A DNA stretch of 39,568 nt, taken from IMG/VR virus record IMGVR_UViG_3300037195_001642, positions 1 through 39,568 of that record, one strand, 5' to 3'. How positions within the stretch are numbered: position 1 is the stretch's first letter; each line of letters starts with the position of its first letter. Shown here one piece after another: positions 27,792-35,948 of this stretch. A program made the translations under genes and the position numbers. The stretch is from a virus (Duplodnaviria > Caudoviricetes). A model generated the notes under the pieces. That model saw nothing but the letters and a program-made list of their open reading frames with translations, was not told where the DNA came from and did no database searches.

Positions 27792-28158
27792 TTTTGATAT
27801 GGACAATTTATTAGATTGGCAACAGAAATGGTTAACGAGGTCATCTAGACCGAATCAAATACCAAATTGGAATATAAATATTGATATGGAAGATGCTGTT
27901 AGGTATCCAAACGGTGATCCAGTTCTAGTTTTAAAACAAGATCAATATAATCATATATTTCGATTGCCGTATGATTTAATTAGCCTAAACACTCATTTAA
28001 AAATGGAAGAGTTGGTTGATTTTGAAGGCGGAAAGTGTCTTTTAGAAGAAGAAGAAACTTTTGAGTTCAATGAATTTGAATTCCAAATGTTCTATAATGA
28101 AAACTATACAAATGCCGAACCCAATATCCAAAGTAAAACATCGTACGTCTGGAGTTGA
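27769..28158 (+). CDS. Hypothetical acidic protein
   Basis: About 125-aa ORF in operon. Confidence 0.6.
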   Translation: MGDLVMDDFDMDNLLDWQQKWLTRSSRPNQIPNWNINIDMEDAVRYPNGDPVLVLKQDQYNHIFRLPYDLISLNTHLKMEELVDFEGGKCLLEEEETFEFNEFEFQMFYNENYTNAEPNIQSKTSYVWS

Positions 28159-28516
28159 CAAATATAAACGGTCAGTCCCAGAATCTACTCATTTACAGAT
28201 ATGTTTATATATGTTAAAGCTGAATGGTATTACAGCATGGCGTTGTAATACTGGTGGAGCTAAATATAAGAATAAAGATGGTAGCTATAGGACTGTCAGA
28301 TATGGTGTTAAAGGTTTACCTGATATTATGGGTTATACTAGCAAGGGCCAATCTTTTTTTTGGGAGGTTAAAAAATATGGTGGGAAGCCTACAAGAGAAC
28401 AATTAAACTTTCTCGAAAATGCCTTAGAGAATAATTGTTTAGGTGGCTGGGGTACTTCCGATGTCCTAGAAAAATATCTTAAATTTGTCTACAAAAAGAA
28501 CGAAAAATTAATTTAG
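28061..28516 (+). CDS. VRR-NUC family nuclease / resolvase
   Basis: WRCNTGG...GLPDIMG...FWEVK..GKPTREQLNFL; true start probably later (about 28112). Confidence 0.88.
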   Translation: MSSMNLNSKCSIMKTIQMPNPISKVKHRTSGVDKYKRSVPESTHLQICLYMLKLNGITAWRCNTGGAKYKNKDGSYRTVRYGVKGLPDIMGYTSKGQSFFWEVKKYGGKPTREQLNFLENALENNCLGGWGTSDVLEKYLKFVYKKNEKLI

Positions 28517-28611
28517 TTGTTTTGCCATTTTTTTTGTATCAAAAAGACCTCTGTTTAAATTAAAGGTAACTGTTATAATTAGATCATCAACTACGAGGAG
28601 ATGAATAAAAA

Positions 28612-29070
28612 ATGACAAATATAGATGCAATGACAAATATAGATGCTCTGAATGATGGTTTAACCCCATTACACCTGGCTGCTATGCAAGGAGATCTTCC
28701 ACGAGTAAAAAGTCTTTTGACCAAAACATGTAGGGGTGAGGACTCTTATTTATTGGATAATGAAGGGGCAACGCCACTACATTATGCGTCTCTTAATGGA
28801 CATTTAGACGTCGTTAAAGCAATCTACGAAAAATTTTCAGGGGATGACCCTAATCCAGGTGATTATGACGGAGAAACACCGCTAAACTATGCTTCTCTTA
28901 ATGGACACGGTGAAATTGTTACCTTGATTACAGAGATGCAGAAGTTATTCAATAATCAAAAATCTAAGATTTGTAAGAAATGTCAGCGAAAATTAAGAAA
29001 AAGAAATATATTCAATGAGTTACAAAAAGGAGGTTGTAAAGGAGGTTGTGATGAATCTATTAAAATGTGA
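28612..29070 (+). CDS. Ankyrin-repeat protein
   Basis: Three repeats: GLTPLHLAA, GATPLHYASLNGH, GETPLNYASLNGH; own TGTTATAAT (28571) and SD. Confidence 0.93.
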   Translation: MTNIDAMTNIDALNDGLTPLHLAAMQGDLPRVKSLLTKTCRGEDSYLLDNEGATPLHYASLNGHLDVVKAIYEKFSGDDPNPGDYDGETPLNYASLNGHGEIVTLITEMQKLFNNQKSKICKKCQRKLRKRNIFNELQKGGCKGGCDESIKM

Positions 29071-29584
29071 ATACATTTATGGGAATACGGCTATGGATTT
29101 CGGAAAGAAATTAAAAAAAATGAGGGCCGATAGGGGGCTTTATCAACGAGATATTGCACGATTTTTGAATTTAAGGGGTAACTCCTATATAGCAGGCGTA
29201 GAGTTAAATAATCAATCAGCACCAGTTTATTCTAAATTAAAAAAAATCTTGGATTACTTTGCTACCATCAAACGAGTGCCGGAGTATGAGGTATTGGATG
29301 TCCTTGAAATGGCAGCTCAAGGTGGATTGGCTCCAATATTAAATCCTTACCTTGGCAACGTAACATCCGAGAGCATTGTTTTTATTGAAGTCTATCGGAA
29401 AGACGGACCACGACGATCTGAAGATGATAGGGAACTGATGGATGCCATTAAAGAATATCGCAAAAAGTGTATGCAGTCTGGTGATCTAAATCCTGAATTA
29501 ATAGCTATTGTTGATGAACTGGCAGATCTTCCTATAGAGAAATATGACTCGGTACTTCGTATTATTAAGGATCTAAAAAATTGA
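29051..29584 (+). CDS. XRE-family HTH regulator carrying a portal-derived insertion
   Basis: FGKKLKKMRADRGLYQRDIA...YIAGVE; paralog of 29652-30074; start after duplicated SD aaaggagg. Confidence 0.85.
   Translation: MNLLKCEYIYGNTAMDFGKKLKKMRADRGLYQRDIARFLNLRGNSYIAGVELNNQSAPVYSKLKKILDYFATIKRVPEYEVLDVLEMAAQGGLAPILNPYLGNVTSESIVFIEVYRKDGPRRSEDDRELMDAIKEYRKKCMQSGDLNPELIAIVDELADLPIEKYDSVLRIIKDLKN
29317..29389. repeat. 73-bp exact inverted copy of portal 16837-16909
   Basis: Direct base-by-base comparison. Confidence 0.97.
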
Positions 29585-29651
29585 TTGATTGATAATAAAA
29601 ATTAGATGATAATAAGAATGCTTGTGATTGTTAAAAAAATTAAATAGGGAG

Positions 29652-30074
29652 ATGACGATGCAAAAATATGATTGTGATGATAACACATTTGGGGATCTAT
29701 TGAAGAATTGGAGAAAGAGAGAGTGCTTCACTCAAGAAGACCTTTCGGAAGAACTTGGTTGGTCTGGCAATTCGTTTATCAACCGATTGGAGAATGGCGT
29801 TAATAACCCCCCAAATTTCCGCACTCTGAAAATATTAGGAAGATTACTTAACCTAAATTCACATGATCTGACCGAGTTTTACCGGCAATCCTTTTTAGAT
29901 CGTTTAGATGCCGATCAGCGTGAACATTTAGATGCTGTTAAGGATACCTTTAAAGAGACCATTAAAAATGATGGCTTATCACCACAGTTTCAAAAAATTT
30001 GTGACCTATTAGCAGATGTTAGCCCTAAGAAATATGACGTGATAATCGCAATGATAGAGAATCTTCTGAAGTAG
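29652..30074 (+). CDS. XRE-family HTH regulator (candidate repressor)
   Basis: FGDLLKNWRKRECFTQEDLSEELG..SFINRLENG..P. Confidence 0.88.
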   Translation: MTMQKYDCDDNTFGDLLKNWRKRECFTQEDLSEELGWSGNSFINRLENGVNNPPNFRTLKILGRLLNLNSHDLTEFYRQSFLDRLDADQREHLDAVKDTFKETIKNDGLSPQFQKICDLLADVSPKKYDVIIAMIENLLK

Positions 30075-30359
30075 CTAAGTCTTCTTTCATGAGAAAACCG
30101 AAACGTATATTTAAAATACGAGTCATAACTTTATCTCTCAATTTATTCTTAGATGTTGGTCTCTTTGTTTCCAGCTTATACATAATATATCCCCTTAATA
30201 TTTGCCCCTAAATAGTCAATAAACATTATTAATATTATCATCAAAATACTAAATCAGTCTAATGAACATTTATCATTATGTCATTAAATGGTATTATAAA
30301 CTATACAATAATATGTGATGTATTAAATTGGCTTTTGGTAAAATGGGTGATGATTAAAT

Positions 30360-31364
30360 ATGGCTTTTTTAACTCAAGACAGAGGCGTTTATGGTATTTA
30401 TGAACGTTCAAAAAAGAAGGGGAAGTGGCGTAATGTACGTATCCTTAAGCTTGGTAATATAACCAAAAAGGAAGCGCAGTTACAATTTACACGATGGATG
30501 GATGCCAATCAATTGAATATTTCAAGCAATGTATCTTTTTCTGTTGCTATAAGCAAATTCAAAAATAATTTGAAAATAAAAATACGAGAAGGAACATTAA
30601 AAGAAAATACTCTAAAATTACATTTCTATTTTCTTGACCGCTATATAAACAAATTTTTTGTCATTAATAAAATAAATATTAGAAACGTTAACTATCAAGC
30701 TATTGAAGAATTCAAACGATACATGGATCAATTTGATATTAAGAATAGAACAATTAATCTTTCATTAAATACCCTCTCTCTTTTTCTAAAATATTGTGTG
30801 AGGATGTCCATAATATCCAATATTCCACCAATAGACCGATTAAAAAATATAGAGAAGGAAATTGAACGGCTTACATTGGACGAATGTAAAATTCTGATTG
30901 CTCATTCAAATGAAAACTTAAGCTTTTATATCCAACTACTACTCTTTTCTGGGATGCGTCCCTTTGAAGCCAACAATTTATTGTGGAGTGATGTAAACTT
31001 CCCAAGTAAAACAATACATATTAAATCTGAAAATAAATACAAAAGAGGGCGTAAGTTTTATATGCACCCTGAACTATATGCCCTTCTAATCCAATATCCT
31101 AATAAAAAAGAATATGTTTCGCCTTATAAAAAGAGTGATAGCACTAGATCATCATTTAGAGCGCTCTATAAAAAAACAGGTATCAATGCAACCTCTAAGA
31201 TATTTAGAGCTACGTTTGCTTCAATATGGGCCGAAAATGGAGGGCCTTTAGATAAACTATCTTTATATCTTGGTAATAGTCCCGTCGTTCTAAAAAAATA
31301 TTACGCTAATATTGAGGCGGACTCATTTAAGAATGATATTCATCTAATGCCGTCATTGTCTTAA
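30360..31364 (+). CDS. int: Tyrosine integrase
   Basis: SGMRPFEA (R), IFRATFAS (R), LGN and YY (Y); adjacent attP. Confidence 0.92.
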   Translation: MAFLTQDRGVYGIYERSKKKGKWRNVRILKLGNITKKEAQLQFTRWMDANQLNISSNVSFSVAISKFKNNLKIKIREGTLKENTLKLHFYFLDRYINKFFVINKINIRNVNYQAIEEFKRYMDQFDIKNRTINLSLNTLSLFLKYCVRMSIISNIPPIDRLKNIEKEIERLTLDECKILIAHSNENLSFYIQLLLFSGMRPFEANNLLWSDVNFPSKTIHIKSENKYKRGRKFYMHPELYALLIQYPNKKEYVSPYKKSDSTRSSFRALYKKTGINATSKIFRATFASIWAENGGPLDKLSLYLGNSPVVLKKYYANIEADSFKNDIHLMPSLS

Positions 31365-31373
31365 GATTTGGGG

Positions 31374-31526
31374 CTGAGAGAGAGAGGCATAAAGTTTTCA
31401 GTGATGTAATATAAAACTGGTTATGAGATATATCACGCATTCAAATTTTAAAGTGATGAAAAACAAAGAGTTTACTGACTATTTGTTAAAAGTTCTTTAA
31501 GTGTAGTAGCTGCTTCTCTCTCTCAG
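31374..31526. repeat. 16-bp inverted repeat enclosing about 120 nt just after the integrase
   Basis: ctgagagagagaggca and tgcttctctctctcag (15/16, the difference is a G-U pair). Confidence 0.8.
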
Positions 31527-31587
31527 ATGATGATACAACATAAAAAATCTTGGGCAGGCCTTTTATGTCTTTTAGTTCTTATAAATA

Positions 31588-31612
31588 AAATATAACAAGG
31601 TTTGTTATATTT
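31588..31612. promoter_or_regulatory. Palindromic operator near attP
   Basis: aaatataacaa-ggt-ttgttatattt, perfect 11-bp arms. Confidence 0.75.
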
Positions 31613-31639
31613 GGCAACAAAAATATCTAATTTGTCCAA

Positions 31640-31911
31640 TTTGCTCTGGATATGCTCTGTAGGTTAAAAATAATTAAACAGTAAAAATAACACTATTTTG
31701 AGGCTAAATTAATGGTGCGCTCGAAGGGATTCGAACCCCTAACCTCCTGACCCTCAGTCAAGTGTGTATTTAAAAAATGTCTAAAATATGTTTATAGTTA
31801 TATAGCTTTATGTAATTTTAAGGCTATATAAATGAAGCTATTTCATTATTATTTGCTCTGTTTTTTGCTCTGTTTTTTTATAAAATTTAACTTGCTCTGG
31901 ATTTGCTCTGG
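31640..31911. other. attP region with arm-type direct repeats (T)TGCTCTG flanking the core
   Basis: Paired copies at about 31640/31652, 31852/31864 and 31892/31902 on both sides of the tRNA fragment. Confidence 0.75.
31713..31764 (-). other. attP core: 3' part of a host tRNA (anticodon arm to CCA)
   Basis: Reverse complement CA-CTTGA-CTGAGGG-TCAGG-AGGTT-AGGGG-TTCGAAT-CCCTT-CGAGCGC-A-CCA; no D arm or 5' acceptor strand. Confidence 0.9.
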
Positions 31912-32117
31912 ATAAAAATGTTTGTTATATTAGGGTTAGGTTATGAGATGGGGATATACTTTGGACTTATACTCCACAATGTTTGCTAAGTAAAAGTGAT
32001 AATAAAGGGTAGGTTGGGTTACAGATGATAGTAATGACGATGTGGCTCGTAACCTAAAATTTAGAGTCCTAGGGTACCACTCCCCAATGTGTGTTCCCTA
32101 GGATTTCTATATCTATT

Positions 32118-32210
32118 AGTATGTTTGGGCGCAAAGATATACGATTATAAGTATGTTTGTGTGCAAAGATGTACGATTATAAGTGCGTTTGTGTGCAAAG
32201 ATGTACGATT
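32118..32210. repeat. 32-bp tandem repeat, about 3 copies
   Basis: agt(at/gc)gtttg(ggc/tgt)gcaaagat(a/g)tacgatt(ata) units at 32118, 32150 and 32182. Confidence 0.92.
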
Positions 32211-32701
32211 TATAAAGGTATATTAATGAGGAGTGTTGCTTCCCCATTTAAAATGGTAGCTGTTTTTGATTTAAAGGGTGACGGATAATTATATACTGCA
32301 GTTTTAAATGGATAATAAAGAAATTTTATTTCAGCAAAGCCTATCTTGGTTTCAAAGCCCATGATAAAAGCATATGTATCTATAATATAAGAAGGTCTAT
32401 CTGTTACATCTACTCTAGAACACACATATGCAAGACCTCCCGTAAAATTTAGTTTTAGTTGTTCGGGTCTTTTATTTCTGAATAAAAGATGTAATTTCCA
32501 ACCCTCTTCTTTTACCTTACCTAAAGCTATATTAGTGGAATCGTTATAACTATAATAAGCAACACCAAAATGTGTTGTTTCTGTGTTAAATGAAATTCCA
32601 CCATACAGATCCTCGTAAAATAACCCCAGATCTATATCAGTAGCAAAAACATTTAAAGAAAATAAGAATACTAAAAATAGCGACAGAATTAGTTTCATCA
32701 C
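32210..32701 (-). CDS. Exported protein, possibly a small outer-membrane beta-barrel
   Basis: Signal peptide MKLILSLFLVFLFSLNVFA followed by alternating aromatic/Gly beta-strands. Confidence 0.6.
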   Translation of the reverse strand: MMKLILSLFLVFLFSLNVFATDIDLGLFYEDLYGGISFNTETTHFGVAYYSYNDSTNIALGKVKEEGWKLHLLFRNKRPEQLKLNFTGGLAYVCSRVDVTDRPSYIIDTYAFIMGFETKIGFAEIKFLYYPFKTAVYNYPSPFKSKTATILNGEATLLINIPL

Positions 32702-32713
32702 GATAAGAGTATA

Positions 32714-33070
32714 CTATAATTTTACTTTCTTTTTAAGTGCGTTATTATTAATGATAAGTTCTTCTGGCTTATAAATTAATTTTAGATTAAGAAGGTTCCC
32801 TTTCTCCTGATTAATTTTATCTATTATCATTTTTCTTTTTAGCGCATCTTTCTCTTTCTTTATAAGAGAAACACAATTATTAACAACGAGTGTCTCGAAA
32901 ATCTTTTGTGCTTCGTCATCTAACTTATTCTTTGTAAGCGCCACAAATGTACGTAAACAGCTATTTAATTTAATTAATACTGCCTCTACAAAAAACAGTT
33001 TCCCAAATGAAAGAAAATTTAATAATAAAATAAATGTATTATATATTAATTGTGCGAAAATTTTTGTCAT
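32714..33070 (-). CDS. Hypothetical protein with hydrophobic N-terminus (lysis module)
   Basis: Coupled to the endolysin stop; TKNKLDD motif. Confidence 0.55.
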   Translation of the reverse strand: MTKIFAQLIYNTFILLLNFLSFGKLFFVEAVLIKLNSCLRTFVALTKNKLDDEAQKIFETLVVNNCVSLIKKEKDALKRKMIIDKINQEKGNLLNLKLIYKPEELIINNNALKKKVKL

Positions 33071-33510
33071 GGCTTAAACACCAATATTCCGTCGAAAGGT
33101 CTATATCTTATATCTGCATGGACCCAACTAACATCATCTTCTAATGCTCCTATATTCTGGAATTTTCCTTTCTCGAATAATAAGAGAAGTTCAGCTCGAA
33201 TAATGTCAGAGTCAATTCCTTTAATTGTAAAGTCAATGGCACGACCCATTTGATGTTGAGATACTTTTAACTTGTTTCTTGTAGGACTCTTATAATAATC
33301 GAATGGTCGCCATCCCCTATATTGAAATTTTCCGTTTCTACTCCAGTTATTTATGGTCATGGACTTATTGAAGTGATCTCTTATCTCTTGCCCTAATTCA
33401 ACTAATTGCGGGTCTATATAACGATAAAATTTGTTGAGATCATCGCCAATATATTCATAGAGTTCTGGCGGCACATATTCTTGTATAACAAAATTTTTAG
33501 AAACATTCAT
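33067..33510 (-). CDS. Endolysin, peptidase M15 family
   Basis: SQHQMGRAIDF (SxH..D) and WVHAD zinc-ligand motifs. Confidence 0.88.
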   Translation of the reverse strand: MNVSKNFVIQEYVPPELYEYIGDDLNKFYRYIDPQLVELGQEIRDHFNKSMTINNWSRNGKFQYRGWRPFDYYKSPTRNKLKVSQHQMGRAIDFTIKGIDSDIIRAELLLLFEKGKFQNIGALEDDVSWVHADIRYRPFDGILVFKP

Positions 33511-33519
33511 AGTTTAACC

Positions 33520-35022
33520 TCACTTTTTCATTAACATTAAATTCCATTTTAATGGAGCCCTAAAAGTTGGAGCATCGGCATCTTTGAGCCCCCAGCCATT
33601 AAAATAAAGATATTGAGGGAACGTCCAAGCCGCCCAAAAGTCAACATCCTTAAGCTTCTCATTATAAGCATCCACATCCGCACTGATATCTCGAGTATCT
33701 TGAGTGCCATCGGCTGTATATTTTGCGTTTAAAAAATAATTTTCCATGATTCCGTATTGAGGGGTCGACGGCAAAAAATAGCCACTATCTGTCACAAGAG
33801 TAAACAAATCCCAAATTACATCTAGTTGATTTACTAGAAGATCTACAGGTCTACAAGAAAAGCCAGGCAAGAGCATCCAAGCGGGATATTTATCATAATC
33901 ATAACCACTTGCTACCCAGTCACTTTGCCACTGTGCATTATAATCGTCTATGAAAGATCTCATATCGTCCCAGTCTTCAGTAATTTCAGTGCCTTCTATA
34001 TCTTGTAACAGATCGTATGCATCGTCATAAATCGATCCATATATGACTACTAACTCACTAATAGAAACCAGACGAGCCGCTACCTGGGCCATTGTATTTG
34101 TTACCATGGGACTCGTAAATAAATTATTTTGATATTTCCACGCCACTGGAGGTATTAGAAAATTTTTGTGAACGTAAGCTATTAACCTTGTCGGATTAAG
34201 TTCATCGTCACGCTGTAGAGTAACATTAAATTGATTTTGAGATCCCAAATATTGACTAGTATAAGGTGGTATAACAGGATAAGTAAATGTATTGTCATTA
34301 TCAGAACTTGAATCGTTTGTATTTAACATATGACTACTTTGTAGAACTACATAGTCGTGAGGGTTGGTCCCTAGAGACGTAGAAAATTCAATTTTTAGGA
34401 ACTCGGAATCGCCACCATCTTCCATGCTAACAGTATCTACATTTAATGAATCGCTATAAACTAACGTAGTTGAAGTTAAAACATCTTTTTCTGCGCTAGA
34501 TAAGGGGGTTGTTGAAAGTATTGCCCAGTCAGCATCATTGTTTAATCTACTATCTCCTATTGGGTTAGAATATGATGGATGGCTCCCTTGGACTCCACAC
34601 ATTGATTGCATCACAGTATTTACCCATCTTCCATCACTCCCAACATCACTAACAGACGTGCCAGCGGCATCGACGTCATCGATATGGTTTAAGCGCACAT
34701 CTTCAATATCCTTTCTCCAGAAATAACTAACTGATGTTGCTGCTATTACGCCACCAGAATCAGTACTAGATAAATCAAGGTCTGAAGAGCCATCAAAAGA
34801 AGCTGTTCCCGTTACATCGCCAGTAAGCGTAATGTCTCTGGCTGTCTCGAAACGAGTCGCCGTACTCGCATTTCCGACAAGATCACCAGTAATAGACGTA
34901 GTCGTAATATCCTTCGTGCCATCACTTAATCCATCAACAATAGCCGTTTCATTTACATTCATATTTGTTGCATTTCTGAATGTATCATCTGCCCAAGTAA
35001 GGGGTGGGGTTATGTCAGGCAT
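33520..35022 (-). CDS. Tail fibre/spike protein 3
   Basis: Shared N-terminus DGLSDGTKD..GDLVGNASTAT.FETARDITLTGDVTGTASFDGS. Confidence 0.75.
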   Translation of the reverse strand: MPDITPPLTWADDTFRNATNMNVNETAIVDGLSDGTKDITTTSITGDLVGNASTATRFETARDITLTGDVTGTASFDGSSDLDLSSTDSGGVIAATSVSYFWRKDIEDVRLNHIDDVDAAGTSVSDVGSDGRWVNTVMQSMCGVQGSHPSYSNPIGDSRLNNDADWAILSTTPLSSAEKDVLTSTTLVYSDSLNVDTVSMEDGGDSEFLKIEFSTSLGTNPHDYVVLQSSHMLNTNDSSSDNDNTFTYPVIPPYTSQYLGSQNQFNVTLQRDDELNPTRLIAYVHKNFLIPPVAWKYQNNLFTSPMVTNTMAQVAARLVSISELVVIYGSIYDDAYDLLQDIEGTEITEDWDDMRSFIDDYNAQWQSDWVASGYDYDKYPAWMLLPGFSCRPVDLLVNQLDVIWDLFTLVTDSGYFLPSTPQYGIMENYFLNAKYTADGTQDTRDISADVDAYNEKLKDVDFWAAWTFPQYLYFNGWGLKDADAPTFRAPLKWNLMLMKK

Positions 35023-35023
35023 A

Positions 35024-35935
35024 TTAATCTCCTAAATTATAAATTAATACATGAAGTTTGTTAGGGGTAGAGAACCTATACATCTGTGAGAAATCTGAAA
35101 TGATTCTAATTTCTAGGTCACTCGCAAGAGTAGAAATAGGCCATACTTGGATTGAGTAGGTAGGACACATAAAATCATTGATTAGTTCTGTTCCCCCCGC
35201 ACCATTACCCGTAACACCTGCTGGCCCAAAGAAATTGGCAAATACCATCGGATTTAAAAAGTTTGTGGTTACAGAGTTATCTAAGTCCATTTTAATATAC
35301 TTCTTCCCGCCAGCTATACCAGCAGCACTATTCCACGTACCTATTGCAAAATTAGAAAGATTATTTGAACTCTCTGTGGTTATAGCTTCGTTTGCCTTTG
35401 TTGCTAATAGCGTTGTTTCATTGCCAGCACTTATTTGGTCTAGTGGAAAAGCAGTATTATAATCGTCTATTGCATCTTGGAGTGATACCCCACCAACTGC
35501 CCATAGATCAAATGTAGCTGCATATTGGATTTTTTCCCAATGATATGTAAAAAGTTCGTAGCTAGTACTCACTAAACTAGCAGCCATAGTATCCATTATC
35601 GTCTGACATGTATTATTAAAACCAAACGTCAATATAGCTTCTGCGACTGGATAAAGAGGTGCTCCCATACTAGCCAATACATTTTGACTACCATCAAAAG
35701 CAACACTTCCACATGCAGCACCTGTTGTGGAGTCAATAAAATTTATGTTTTGGGCATCTTCTAACAGTGTATTTGTACTCGCATTTCCCGCTAGATCAGA
35801 GGTTGCTTGATTAATATTTAAGTCTTTTGTCCCGTCACTCAAACCGTCAACAAAATCGTCCACATTACCATTTAAGCGATCTGCGGTAATTGTATCGTCA
35901 GTTACCCATGTATGTGATTGTGTTATATATCCCAT
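35024..35935 (-). CDS. Tail fibre/spike protein 2
   Basis: SHTW..RLN..DGLSDGTKDLN..GNAST..FDGS N-terminus. Confidence 0.75.
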   Translation of the reverse strand: MGYITQSHTWVTDDTITADRLNGNVDDFVDGLSDGTKDLNINQATSDLAGNASTNTLLEDAQNINFIDSTTGAACGSVAFDGSQNVLASMGAPLYPVAEAILTFGFNNTCQTIMDTMAASLVSTSYELFTYHWEKIQYAATFDLWAVGGVSLQDAIDDYNTAFPLDQISAGNETTLLATKANEAITTESSNNLSNFAIGTWNSAAGIAGGKKYIKMDLDNSVTTNFLNPMVFANFFGPAGVTGNGAGGTELINDFMCPTYSIQVWPISTLASDLEIRIISDFSQMYRFSTPNKLHVLIYNLGD

Positions 35936-35948
35936 TTACTTCTCCTTA

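Noticed and set aside
31374-31526. MITE or IS remnant
   Set aside because: Single copy, no clear target-site duplication and no transposase in the window
31713-31764. Complete phage-encoded tRNA gene
   Set aside because: No D arm or 5' acceptor strand upstream; position beside the integrase fits attP
32118-32210. Possible CRISPR mini-array
   Set aside because: Units are directly adjacent with no unique spacers, and no cas genes are present
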